A DNA stretch of 64,000 nt from NCBI GenBank assembly GCA_951406725.2, contig OX597843.1:4402001-4466000 (forward strand), written 5' to 3'. The notes under the pieces were generated by a model. The model had not been told where the DNA came from. It made no database searches and was given only the letters and a program-made list of their open reading frames with translations. This document shows positions 14,876-28,726 of this stretch, piece by piece (the first letter of the stretch is position 1; the number at the start of each line of letters is the position of its first letter). This stretch comes from Octopus vulgaris. Lineage: Eukaryota. A program made the position numbers and the translations under genes.

Positions 14876-15272
14876 TTATTCCTTTATTGCCCACAGGGGG
14901 CTAAACACAGAGGGGACAAACAAGGACAGACAAAGGGATTAAGTCGATTACATCGACCTCAGTGCGTAACTGGTACTTATTTAATCGACCCTGAAAGGAT
15001 AAAGGCAAAGTTGACCTCGACGGAATTTGAACTCAGAACATAATGGCACGAAATACCTATTTCTTTGCTACCCTCAAGGGGCTAAACACAGAGGGGACAA
15101 ACAAAGACAGACATAGGTATTAAGTCGATTGCATCAACCCCAGTGCGTAACTGGTACTTAATTTATCGACCCTGAAAGGATGAAAGGCAAAGTCGACCTC
15201 AGCGGAATTTGAACTCAGAATGTAATGGCAGATGAAATACTGCTAGACATTTCGCCAGGCGTGGTCACCGCC
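14876..15272 (-). mobile_element. SINE family B tandem dimer (GCCTTTCATCCTTTCGGGGTCGATAAATTAAGTACC central domain)
   Basis: Two ~180-bp units plus a tRNA-like head, flanked by the duplicated sequence TAATAAAGTATA. Confidence 0.8.
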
Positions 15273-15360
15273 TTCATTTAGTAATAAAGTATATTACTCT
15301 GCCTCTGGTATTCGAGTACTATATTCTACACCTTGTTTCACATTTATGTGCTTACTCCAG

Positions 15361-15391
<31 letters not shown>

Positions 15392-15579
15392 ATAATAAAT
15401 ATTAGGGAATAAATCTAAATTTACAAGGAAAAGTCAGATTTAAGATTGAATCCAATTTTATAGTAAAATATTATATTATATCAAATTAGAGACAAAACCA
15501 CTATTATGCAAATCAAACAAAGAAAGACTTAAACCAATACATAAAATAATTTATATAAATTAAAATTTAACAAATGAAT

Positions 15580-15631
15580 AACCACTACGATCATTTCGTG
15601 TCAGCACATCTTAGACATTCTTCAGGTGGTT
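15580..15631 (-). ncRNA. Type I hammerhead ribozyme-like motif inside an inverted repeat
   Basis: Minus strand reads AACCAC-CTGAAGA-ATGTC...GACAC-GAAAT-GATC-GTA-GTGGTT, a 6-bp stem I. The partner arm carries GAAACGATCGTA. Confidence 0.65.
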
Positions 15632-15766
15632 TCAAAACCTTCTTAGCGAGTTTTAAATTATGAACACGAAACGATCGTAGTGGTTATTCTTATATAAATT
15701 ATTTTATGTATTGGCTTAAGTCTTTCTTTGTTTGATTTGCATAATAGTGGTTTTGTCTCTAATTTG

Positions 15767-15806
<40 letters not shown>

Positions 15807-16301
15807 GTTACTGTCCTGTTTTTGTTACCATTTTTTACCCCTCCGCAAAAAGATCTCAAATTTTATTTAATTTGCTTTTTTCGCGGGAAGGAAAGTTTCT
15901 ATCGAAGATGCGTATCGCCTTCACCTCCGAAACGCAGAGTAGATGAAACCATGGCGACTGAAGAAGGGTTTTTTCCTTGTGTTATTCGTCCTGTACTCTA
16001 TTTTTCGTTGTTTAAGAAAAATGTCCATTCCCTTGGTTTTGTGTTTATGTTTTCGTTTCTCATTGTGTTTGACGTTTTTTTGGTGTCCTGTACCCATTTA
16101 TGCATGTATATATACATGTAGAGGTAGGTACGTACATATATGTATGTATAAATGTATATGTTTTATTTATTAATTTATTATATATATATATATACCGGAG
16201 TAAACACATAAATGTGAAACAAGGTGGAAAAAAGAGTACTCAAATACCAGTGGTAGAGTAATATGCTTTATTTAAAGCAGTAGCAGAAAATTCAACAAAA
16301 C

Positions 16302-16339
16302 CTGTTACTCTGAGTTTCCCGTTGCCGTTCATCGGACAG
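16302..16339 (-). ncRNA. Degenerate minimal hammerhead-like motif (CCGATGA core variant)
   Basis: CTGT-CCGATGA-ACG-GCAA-CGG-GAAAC-TCAGA-GTA-ACAG. GNRA loop II; one core substitution. Confidence 0.45.
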
Positions 16340-16816
16340 TTTTTGCTAGAAAACGGGAAACTCAGAGTAACAGATTTTGTTGAATTTTCTGCTGCTTTAA
16401 ATAAAGTATATATATATATATACCAAAGTAAGCATGTAGGCTTCAAGAAGAATATGTTGTGGTCCTAGGGTTGATTTGTCCAACTAAAACTCTTCAAGGT
16501 TGTGCCCCAGCATGGCCACAGTGAAACGACTGAAACAAGTGAAAGATAAAAGATTCCATTTGCTCAGCTCTGATTATATTCTAACAATAATAGATCTGAG
16601 TTCATACCTACTTTCTTCTTTAATAACCCCACTCACTTTTGTCCGGATTACTTCATCCTGTTCCCGTTTCTTATCTGCTTTTCATAAATCTATGAAAGCT
16701 AATTCAATATCAAGTTTTATCAGCCAGAGAATCTTCCATAAGCCTACAGTGTGATCTTTAATCAATTTTTATTTATTTAATGATAGTCCATCTTTGTGTT
16801 ATTAATTTAATCAAAA

Positions 16817-17492
16817 CTAGCAGTATCACCCGGCGTTGCTCGGGTTTGTTTCGACCCTTTAGAATTGGATATTTTTGAAAAGTAAAAATTATGTAGCTTG
16901 TTATTCTCTTTATGAGAACATTTTTCTGGTTGAAATACACCGAAAAATGGTGACACAGCAGTCAAAAAATCATTAAAAAATAGGGATTTTCATAGAAAAA
17001 ATGCACCTTTTTGATGTAAATAATTTTTGGTGTTAACATGGTGTGATTTGAATTTATAAATCGTAAAAAATAGGGATTTTCATAGTAAAATAGGACCTTT
17101 TTGATGTAGATAATTTTTGGTCTTAACATGGTGTGATTTGAAGGAGCAAGCCTTCTTCTATCATACTCTCAATTTTGGTCAACTTGCACCGCAGGGTCTC
17201 GGAGGAGATAGTGTTAGCTGAAGGCTACCAAACCTACCATACAGAGACAACTTCAGCTTTATAAATCGTAAAAAATAGGGATTTTCATAGTAAAATAACA
17301 CCTTTTTGATGTAAATAATTTTTGGTGTTAACATGGTCCGATTTGAATTTTTCTTCTAAGGAAGGAAGAGCAAGCCTTCTTCTATCATACTCTCAATTTT
17401 GGTCAACTTGCACCACAGGGTCTCGGAGGAGATAGAGTTAGTTGAAGGCTACCTGCCATACACAGACAACTTCAGCTTTATATAGAGAGAGA
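16817..17492 (-). mobile_element. Non-autonomous Helitron, second family, with internal duplications
   Basis: Left end ACTAGCAGTATCACCCGGCGTTGCTCGGG is the reverse complement of hairpin plus CTAG; right end TATATAGAGAGA. Relative at 44944-45315. Confidence 0.75.
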
Positions 17493-18587
17493 TATATATA
17501 CACATAATATCTGGAAAGGAATTAACTCTGTCGTAAGAGTAACTTTATATCCCAACAGGTTCATTTGATCCATCTTCAAAAACTAAAGAAGACATCAGTC
17601 ACAGAAATCAATAGCATAAAGAGAGAATACGTAACAATGTAATCTATTCTTTCAAAGAGAATCAAATAAAGAAAGACATCGATACTGTGAGTATTTAAGA
17701 AGATGGGTCTTACATGTGCAACAAGAAATGCGTTATCTAAGAAAGCATATAATGGAAATCAAAGTGTAGCACAAAGAACAAAAGGAGACATGGTCAACTG
17801 GTTATGGCCAAACAACTGACAAGAAAATCTGTGGTATTGAACAGAATATTTGTTCCTCGGCTCTCTTTCGGAGCAGCAATACGCACACATACACACACGG
17901 CGAGTAACTTCGTCTACCGAATTCAATCACAAAGCTCCGGTCGAGGTCGAGGCTATAGTGGAAGACACCTACCCAAAGTGCCATGCAGTGGGACTGAACC
18001 CGAAACCATGTACGCTAGGAAGTCAAGCTCCCTAACCACACAGCCATGCCCGTTTGTCGCTCTAAATGTAATCGGAATTGTGGGTATTAAAGTAGCCTGC
18101 GCTCTTAACCACTAGACAAAACGTTGTGCTTTGCCTTTCACAGGGTCAAACAAGATGCAGACACAAATTCATACGTTGGCCCAGTCAGAATTTTCTTCTG
18201 GTCGAGTAACCCATCCCACTCAAAAGGTCCCTGAATAAGGATTTCGTTTAAGGATGTTGAAAAAACCACCCATTTCGTCCTTTCAAGGGTCAATTATCCA
18301 AACTCCAAAGAATACCAGTTAACACACTGGCTATCGATGTAATCCCCACTTAATCTGCTTGTGATCAGAGATGCATATATTGTCCCCTCTAAAGTGTTTA
18401 TGCTCAACTTGTGGGTAAACAACTGACAAGCAAATCTGTGGTATTGAGCAGAATATTTGCTGTAAAACCCATCTTTTATACCAAGACAAAACAATGTACA
18501 TGATAACACTTCCAATCAGTTAAGATCAGAAGCCACGAGAAGCCACTGCCTGGTACTGCATCAGGGCATTTATTATTATTATTATTA

Positions 18588-18630
<43 letters not shown>

Positions 18631-18649
18631 CATTATTATTATTTTTATT

Positions 18650-19040
18650 ATTCAGTAGTTTTATTTTTATAGTGTGCTTTCACTTCACTACCAAGCGCAG
18701 CTCTGTGTGCCTTGGGTATGTGCTGTGGTTTGCTGTGATGCTCTGATGGTTACTGTATTGAAAGTGTTCTACGTAGGATGTGTGCAGTGCCCATTAGTGC
18801 AATTTTCTGTATGTTATATGTGTTTGTAAGTCCTGGTGTTTTTGTTATGTATTTGTCTGAATATTTTTTTATCATGCCTAATGCACCTACTATGATAGGA
18901 ATTTTTCTGTTTTTAGATTCCACATTCTGGTTACCTCTATTTCCAGGTCTTTGTATTTTGAAAGTTTCTCCATTTCTTTTAGAGACACATTGTCATCTGC
19001 CGGTATTGATACATCAATTAGAAAGCATTTTTTTTCTTCA
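18650..19040 (-). mobile_element. R4/Dong-like LINE 3' fragment (restriction-like endonuclease end) with (TAA)n tail
   Basis: CFLIDVSIPADDNVSLKEMEKLSKYKDLEIEVTRMW...IPIIVGALG...IQKIALMGTAHILRRTL*, embedded in ATT repeats. Confidence 0.8.
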
Positions 19041-19064
19041 TGATTATTATTATTATTATTATTA

Positions 19065-19480
19065 TTCTATGTTTGACTTTTGCTTTATATTTGTACAAGT
19101 TGGCTCCAAGTCTCACCCAGAGACCTCAAGAGACAACAGGTTGGAAGTTCACATTGTTGTTATGCCTAGTGTGCCATATATTTGGTTGTTTTTTGTGTCG
19201 TAGTAGTGGATGTCTAAAAACAAAAAAATGTTTGTTTAAAACCTTGAGATTACATACAAAGTATTTTGCGTAGGAGATGAGCAGTTCCCATCTTTTGAAT
19301 TTCTGCCATTTTGGGGTTTCCTGGTATCTGAGTTAGGTAGCGATCAGCCCCTTTTGCTATCATTCCCAGGGCATCTATGACAACAGGTATTGTTTTAGTC
19401 TTCAGCTTCCACATTTTGCTGATTTCTATTTCAAGATCTTTATATTTGCTCAGTTTTTGGTAGGTCTTGACAGATACTTT
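19065..19480 (-). mobile_element. Second R4/Dong-like LINE 3' fragment, different subfamily
   Basis: KLSKYKDLEIEISKMWKLKTKTIPVVIDALGMI...GTAHLLRKIL, flanked by ATT repeats. Confidence 0.8.
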
Positions 19481-19778
19481 TATACGTTTATTATTATTAT
19501 TATTATTACTATTACTCTTTTACTCTTTTATTTGTTTCAGTCATTTGACTGCGGCCATGCTGGAGCACCGCCTTTAGTCGAGCAAATCAACCCCGGGACT
19601 TATTCTTTGTAAGGCCAGTACTTATTCTATCGGTCTCTTTTGCCGAACCGCTAAGTGACGGGGACGTAAACACACCAGCATCGGTTGTCAAGCAATTAGG
19701 GGGACAAACACAGACACACAAACACACACACATTATTATTATTATTATTATTATATATACGGCGGGCTTCTTTTATTA

Positions 19779-21193
<1,415 letters not shown>

Positions 21194-21567
21194 GTGGCCC
21201 ACGTGCCTTAGCGCCTCGACTGGCTTCCATCCGAGCCAGTGCCGCCGTGCCGCTTCGACTGGCCTTCCATAAAATGCACCAATCCGACCGTGGCCGATGC
21301 ACACCTCGCCTGGCACCAATGCAGGTGGCACAAAAGTAATTACCACTACACTCACGGAGTGGTTGGTGTTAGGAAGGGCATCCAGCTGTAGAAACTGAGC
21401 CAGATCAAGATTGGAGCCTGGTGCAGCCTCCTGGCTCACCAGATAATTTGAACACTACAGGGTTAAGGAGGTTTTCTTGCACATAAGTGTGAACGTATGT
21501 GCAAGTATGTGTGCGTATATATGTGTATGTATGATTAATGTAAGTTCCACTTTAGGACACAACCATT

Positions 21568-21952
21568 GATGAAATAATCTTAAGGACACAGCCATATTAA
21601 GGGGCACGGCATTTGATGAAATAATCTTAAGGATACAGCCATATTAAGGGACACGGCATTTGATGAAATAATCTTAAGGATACAGCCATATTAAGGGGCC
21701 CGGCATTTGATGAAATAATCTTAAGGATACAGCCATATTAAGGGGCACGGCATTTGATGAAATAATCTTAAGGATACAGCCATATTAAGGGACACGGCAT
21801 TTGATGAAATAATCTTAAGGATACAGCCATATTAAGGGGCACGGCATTTGATGAAATAATCTTAAGGATACAGCCATATTAAGGGGCACAGCATTTGATG
21901 AAATAATCTTAAGGATACAGCCATATTAAGGGGCACGGCAATTGATGAAATA
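21568..21952. repeat. 47-bp minisatellite, ~8 copies, abutting the GPCR ORF
   Basis: GATGAAATAATCTTAAGGATACAGCCATATTAAGGGGCACGGCATTT, units at 21568, 21615, 21662 and onward. Confidence 0.95.
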
Positions 21953-22001
21953 CTCTTTAGTTATGTTACCTGCTTTAGGGGCCGTTGGGTCCACTGCACG
22001 C

Positions 22002-24412
22002 ATGGCTGCAGTCGGTAGTGGTAACAATAATTTGGACACAACCAGCATCTGTTGCAATCTTGCTCAAACAGCTACAGATGCCCTCAACACCACCGCAAGA
22101 TCCCCTGCTGTGACTGCATTGAATATCGGTATATACTCGGGTCTGGTTGCAATGTTGGGTTTGCTTACATTGGTCACTAACTCCCTGCTCGTTGTAGTCA
22201 TAAGCCGGTCTCCCAGCCTGCGGGGTTACGCTAACTACCATTTACTGAATCTCTGCTGCAACAACATTCTCTTGTGCGTCTGCGCATTCTTACTCTTTTC
22301 AACGATGGTGACAGACGGGCAAACGAAGTCACAGAATGGTTGCCCAGCTTCTGCATCTTCAAACCATGCCTCATCGGACCCTCTTGGAGCAAACCCGACA
22401 AAGCCGAACATTACACCATCAGCTCCTGCAGCACCAAGCTCCACACTGCCAGGCTTTCTACGATCAAATCCTTCAGTGTCAGGCCCTACAGTACCAAGTC
22501 TACAGGTGTCGGGTCTTGCATCTACAGCTCAAGTGTCAGATCCTGTGGCATCAACCATTGTGCCATCAGACCGGGTGATGCTCAGCTCTGCAAAGACATC
22601 CATGTGTGGCATCCAGTTGTTTCTCTGCGCGAATTTCTTCCTGCAGTACTGCTTCGGGTTCATGTCGGTCAGTTATTACCACTGCTGGACACTGCACCGC
22701 CCACTGGTCACTCTGCACAGGAGGCGAAAATTCATAATCTATTCCATTGCAACGTCCTGGCTCCTCTCGACACACTTGAGCGCAGCCCTGGTTGTTGTCT
22801 TCGTGGATGACCTCACCTGGAGGCTATTCACACCATTGCTCATCCCTCAGACGAAATCTGCAACAGCGACGATGCCAACAACCACAGCAGCAATGGTAAA
22901 TGCGACAAAGGCACCGACTCTAAATGCCAAACTGCGACACGGTCACCTCACGACGGCTCAACTCCTAATCACCTTTATCTTCCTGATGCTGTTTCTAACC
23001 AGTTTAATTTTCGTGCTTGTTATTCATATAAACGTCCACTCTATGTTGAGAAGCGATGCTGCAAGGAGCACCAGATTTGAACTTGGTCTTTCAAAGACAA
23101 AGACGACAAGAAAGAATGGGGAAACGAAGAGAAAGAATAAGGAGAGAAAATGGAAGTTTAAGAAGGGAAACCAAGTCAGACCTTATGGTATGATACTTAG
23201 TAACAATAAACCCCTAAATGAAACAGTGAGCCCTATCAATCTCTGTAGTGTTGTCTCCATTCGCAAAAATATCAGAGATTCTTCAATATTCATTGTGGCC
23301 ACCCGGGAGAGCTATGCGTCAACAATGTTGGGTAAGGTCAGGCCAGAAGAAGCAGGACACCTCCACCAACGTACCTCATCGTGTTTATCGTCGTCATCGT
23401 TGTCATCGTCGTCGTCATCGTCGTCGTCAACGTCGTTGTCAGCGTTACCTTTGATAATACTACCATCACCGACGCCACCACCACTACCACTACAACAACA
23501 GCAGCAGCAGCAACCACTACCGCTGCCGTCGGCACTTTCGTTGTCATCAGTTCGGTTCCATGATGACGCTGATCGCAACTACAACAGTAGCAACAACAAC
23601 GGTGTGTCTGGTGGTTGTAATGGTGACAGACGTGTATGTAATGGTGTACATGATGATAATGGTGATTGTGATGGTGGTGGTGGTAGTAGTGGTAGTAGTG
23701 GTAGTAGTGGTGGTGGAGGTGGTGGTAGTGGTTGTGGTGGTAGTGGTTGTGGTAGTGGTGGTGATGGTTGTGGTGATGGTGGAGGTAGTGGTTGTTGTAG
23801 TGGTGGTAGTGGTGGTGATGGTGGAGGCGGTAGTAGTGGTAGTGGTGGTGATGGTGACGGTGGTGGTAGTGGTGGTGGTGGTAGTGGTGCTGATGGTGGT
23901 GGTGGGGGTGAAAGCATTACGAATGCTAATGAAGAATGTCCCCCATACGGCCTCCTGCCAAAGAATTTGGCCCTCGGGGCCAACAGAGCTACTTGTTTCA
24001 ATGACATCTCTCCTCTCAACAACACCAACAAGAATGATACGACCACCACCAACAACACCACAACGACCACCCTTACCTCCCATTCTAACAGTACCACTGC
24101 CACCTACCCAAATACCACCACTGCTACACACATTATCACCACTACTGCCATCCACCCCGACATCAGTACCACCCAAATCAACACTGCTACGTACCCCAAG
24201 ACCACTACTACCACCCACACCAACCCTAGCGCTACCACTACCACCCACACCAACCCTAGCGCTACCACTACCGCTCACATCCATCGCAATACCATCGCTG
24301 TCACCAGCTCCAATGCCATCACTACTACCACCATCAACAACACCATCACCACCACCACCAACAACAATACCATCAGCAGCAACAACAACAACAATACAGA
24401 TAATACAATCAA

Positions 24413-24443
<31 letters not shown>

Positions 24444-24962
24444 GCCATCAGCAGCAGCAACAACAACAACACAAATAACACAACCAACACCACTGCCATC
24501 AATACCATCACCACCGTCACCATCAACAACAGCTACTCCACCACCACCACCAACATCAAAAGCACCAATGTCAATCTGAGCCGCTTGATGGCCGCCAGCC
24601 ACACCAAAACGGATGAGGTCTCGGTCCCTCCCCTCAACGATTCCCAGACAAACCTTCTCAAATGCACCATGAAAAACAACCTAATACTGGCCCTGTCCTT
24701 CTACGTATTCTCTGCCCCGTTACCATTCTGTACAGTGCTTCGGATGAAAATGGAGTTCCACCCAGGGTCCAGTGATCCTCTAGGTAATTGGACGCTGCTT
24801 GTTGTCTACCAGTTGTTTCTCCTTAATGGGGTTATCTGCCCTTTCTATTATTTCTTCTTCAGCAAACATGTCCGACATTGCGCTCTCCGGTTGTTTGCAA
24901 AAGCCAAACTGAAATGGGCTAACTGCCGTGCCAGCTTTTGCTTTTCCTCCCTCCGTTCCTGA
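22002..24962 (+). CDS. Intronless orphan class A (rhodopsin-like) GPCR-like protein, ~986 aa from the ATG at 22002 (frame open from 21942)
   Basis: Seven hydrophobic segments in class A order. TM1 ...GLLTLVTNSLLVVVI; ICL1/TM2 SPSLRGYANYHLLNLCCNNILLC; TM3 CGIQLF...FMSVSYYHCWTLHRPL; TM4 IIYSIATSWLLS; TM5 LLITFIFLMLFLTSLIFVLVI; TM6 LILALSFYVFSAPLPF; TM7 LFLLNGVICPFYYFFFSKHVR plus helix 8. The frame is uninterrupted for 3 kb. The start codon is uncertain (21945, 21963 or 22002). Confidence 0.85.
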
Positions 24963-25014
24963 CAAGAAAAAAATAACAGCAAAGGTTTAAGCAGACTTCA
25001 GGTTTATTAAGATA

Positions 25015-25770
25015 CTAGCACTATGATCCGGCGTTGCCGGGTCATAGTGCTAGTGCATGCATATACAGCTGCGTGCATGCGTGCGCACATACACATGAGT
25101 ACTGTCCAAATCTCTGAACAATCATATACAGCTAGCTGGCATTCAATTGGTGTATCAAGTTTCAGGCATTTTGATTGGGTTTTGGATAGAAAATTCACAA
25201 AAAAGTCACTTCTATTGATTTTTTTAATGGCTTTGCGGGGTGACTGGGGAAATGTAAAGACGTGCACGACCATCCTTGGACGGTTTTGAATGACCATAGA
25301 AAGTGCGAGCCCTCTAACTGAAAAATTGTGGATTTGTATAAAGGACACACACACAGACATTTTGCCGTTTATATATAGAGAGATTTGCAGGGTGACTGGG
25401 GAAATGTAAAGATGTGCACGACCACCCTTGGACGGTTTTGAGTGACCATAAAAAGTGCGAGCCCTCTAATTGAAAAATTGTGGATTTGTATAAAGGACAT
25501 GCACACACACACACACACACACACACAGACATTTTGCCATTTACATATATATATATTTAATGGCTTTGTTGGAGACTGGGGAAATGTAAAGATGTGCACG
25601 ACCCCCCTTGGATGGTTTTGAATGATCATAGAAAGTGCAAGCCCTCTAACTGAAAAATTGTGGATTTGTATAAAGGACACACACACAGACAGACATTTTG
25701 CCGTTTATATATATATATTTAATGGCTTTGCAGGGAGACTGGGGAAATGTAAAGATGTGCACGACCATTT
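25015..25770 (-). mobile_element. Helitron-like element directly downstream of the GPCR stop, with a tandemly repeated 5' segment
   Basis: CTAG-hairpin end at 25015 and ~150-180-bp units repeated ~3.3 times. Fragments also at 39570-39720 and 42495-42645. Confidence 0.65.
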
Positions 25771-26114
25771 CCTTCAACTTATCATAAAATTTCTTACAAA
25801 AGTCAATAAAATCATATTTTCCAGATGTGTTTGTTTTTGCTTATTTTTTTTTATTTTAAATATATTCTGAGGAGGGAAAGGACAACGCCTATAGATTCTG
25901 CCTGCGGCCTAGTGTTAAAGGATGTGCACACACGACTGAGTGTAAGTGCCCCGAGAAAAATGTCGGACATAAGAAGCATCAGATGTGACATGCAATTGAG
26001 ACGTTTGGGTTGGTATGGTCATCCATAACTTACAGTAAGCAACATTTATTAAACGTTATTACTGTCATTTCTTTATTTTCTGCAAACAAAATGCACAAAA
26101 AAAGCTACACGTTT

Positions 26115-26315
26115 GCATTATTTTCAGAGGTACAGCCCCCTAAAAATCCCCTGCGTATACACATTTGCATTATGTTATATATACAATAATAATAAAGGAC
26201 GTCACCATATACATTTTACAAACCAAGGACGTTATATCCGAAATCCGTCGAAACTACACCTGATTATATATACACTTTCGATGAGTTGTAGTGCACCTGA
26301 GCACTGTACACAATG

Positions 26316-26380
<65 letters not shown>

Positions 26381-27243
26381 GACCTCCTTGACTCAAGTTA
26401 GAGAAGCGGTGCGTATTATACAGAAGGTTTAGGTTTTTCAGAGGTACAGCCCCCTAAAAATCCCCTGCGTATTATACACAAGGTTTAGGTTTTTCAGAGG
26501 TACAGCCCCCTAAAAATCCCCTGCGTATTATACACAAGGTTTAGGTTTTTCAGAGGTACAGCCCCCTAAATATCCCCTGCGTATTATACACAAGGTTTAG
26601 GTTTTTCAGAGGTACAGCCCCCTAAAAATCCCCTGCGTATACACATTTGCATTATGTTATATATACAATAATAATAAAGGACGTTACCATATACATTTTT
26701 ACAAACCAAGGACATTATATAGACCTCCTTGACTCAAGTTAGAGAAGGGGTGTGTATTATACACAAGGTTTAGGTCTTTAGAGGTACAGCCCCCTAAAAA
26801 TCCCCTGCGTATTATACACAAGGTTTAGGTTTTTCAGAGGTACAGCCCCTAAAAATCCCCTGCGTATTATACACAAGGTTTAGGTTTTTCAGAGGTACAG
26901 CCCCTAAATATCCCCTGCGTATTATACACAAGGTTTAGGTTTTTCAGAGGTACAGCCCCCTAAATATCCCCTGCGTATTATACACAAGGTTTAGGTTTTT
27001 CAGAGGTACAGCCCCCTAAATATCCCCTGCGTATACACGTTTGCATTATGTTATATATACAATAATAATAAAGGATGTTACCATATACATTTTTACAAAC
27101 CAAGGACATTATATAGACCTCCTTGACTCAAGTTAGAGAAGGGGTGTGTATTATACACAAGGTTTAGGTCTTTCAGAGGTACAGCCCCCTAAAAATCCCC
27201 TGCGTATTATACTCAAGGACGGACTATACTCGAGGATTTACGG
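26115..27243. mobile_element. Tc1/mariner (Tc2/pogo-like) element end with amplified ~57-bp subterminal repeats
   Basis: About 11 copies of TTTCAGAGGTACAGCCCCCTAAAAATCCCCTGCGTA... Ends TATACTCGAGGATTTACGG, resembling a Tc2-type TIR; the partner TIR was not seen. Confidence 0.55.
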
Positions 27244-27529
27244 GAAAAGAAAAGGAGATTAATATATTAAAAGGTATTGCGAAAAAACGGGATGTAATTT
27301 GTATTATGATATTTTCTCCTTCCATATTATTCTGGATTTGCCATTTAAACATTAATTGAATTGAACTTTAATTGCATTCGGATTACAAGCATAATTAATA
27401 AGTTTATTATTATTTAGAAATGAATTTTTCATCCCTTTCTGATGACTTCAGGTAAGACATAAATTGCCACTGTTTGCTTCTACTTGAATTGAATTTTATA
27501 ACCTCAAGTTTTTGTATTGCCGTATTAAT

Positions 27530-28550
27530 TAAATTATTGTATCCAGTGCTCAGGTGCCCCACAACTTGTCCAAAGTGCGTATAAAGCATCTGCAGTGATG
27601 TAGAAATGTCTGGGAAGTGAACAGTGTATGAGTCAGATAGATGCTTGCTTGTGTGTATGGAGGGGAGGAGAAGATCAGGTGTACTGTTGGCGAATCTTAG
27701 GAAGTTTTGAAGGATGCAGTGCTCCGACAACCAACAACTGATGCTGGCAGTTTGTTCCATGCTTCAGCAACTCTCAGCGTGAAAAAATGTTTCCGAAAGT
27801 CATGGAAGGAGTTGTGCTGCTTTCTGACTTTGTAAACATATGTATGCATGCATGTATGTATATGTGTAGATTTGTATATTTTGCTTTATGCATGTTAGTT
27901 AGTTAGTTAATTTTTTGGCTAAAAAAGCAAGGCCATGTAGCGGGACATGGAGTTAAGTACAGGGTGGTGTTCATGTAAAGAGTTCAGGCCATTTGTAGTC
28001 AAGGGAGACTTTGAACCGAGCGGTCGTCGGCATCTTCACTATCTCGCCCGGCAGCTTATTCCACGGATCCGCAACCAACAACTGATGCCGGCAGTTTGTT
28101 CCATGCTTCAGCGTGTGTATGAAGGGGAGAAGATCAGGTGTAGTGTTGGCGAATCTCAGGAAGCATGGAAGTTTTGAAGGATGCAGTGCTCCAACAACTA
28201 ACAACTGATGCCGGCAGTTTGTTCCATGCTTCAGCAACTCTCAGCATGAAAAAATGTTTCTGAAAGTCATGGAAGGAGCTGTGCTGTTTTCTGACTTTGT
28301 AAACATGTCCACGGGTGTTGGACGGGTGGAGTTTGAAAAGGTGCTCAGAGTTATTGTTTGTAAGAAGGTTAATAATTTTATGGGTGTCTGCCAAGTCAGC
28401 TGCCAGACGTCGGAGTTTCAATGTGTCCATGCCCAGGGAGGAAGTAAGGCGTCCAGAATAAGGCAAATGCCTGGTGGAAGGTATTCTTTTGGTTGCACCT
28501 CGCTGAACGGCCTCCAGGCGATTAATATCCTGGACAAGATAGGGGTTTAG
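27530..28550 (-). mobile_element. Cluster of nested CR1-type LINE 3' fragments
   Basis: NPYLVQDINRLEAVQRGATKRIP...TRGHVYK...RVAEAWNKLP, a second 3' end at 27530-27840, and a (TAAC)n-tailed piece at 27895-28070. Confidence 0.85.
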
Positions 28551-28726
28551 GGGTTCTAGACCGGTGATGCAAATTCCAGGTGAGGCCGCACCATATGACA
28601 TTATTATATATTTATACATACGTGAAGAAGTAGTTTAACAGAAAGAAGCTAAAATTTGATTCTACAATGCATGGTTGACCAGTGACATTGGAATTAAAGG
28701 CCCATACACACATATACATGTATATA

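Noticed and set aside
23547-24602. 351-aa antisense ORF and 339-aa alternative-frame ORF over the GPCR
   Set aside because: By-products of GGT/ACC repeats that lack stops; no domain signal.
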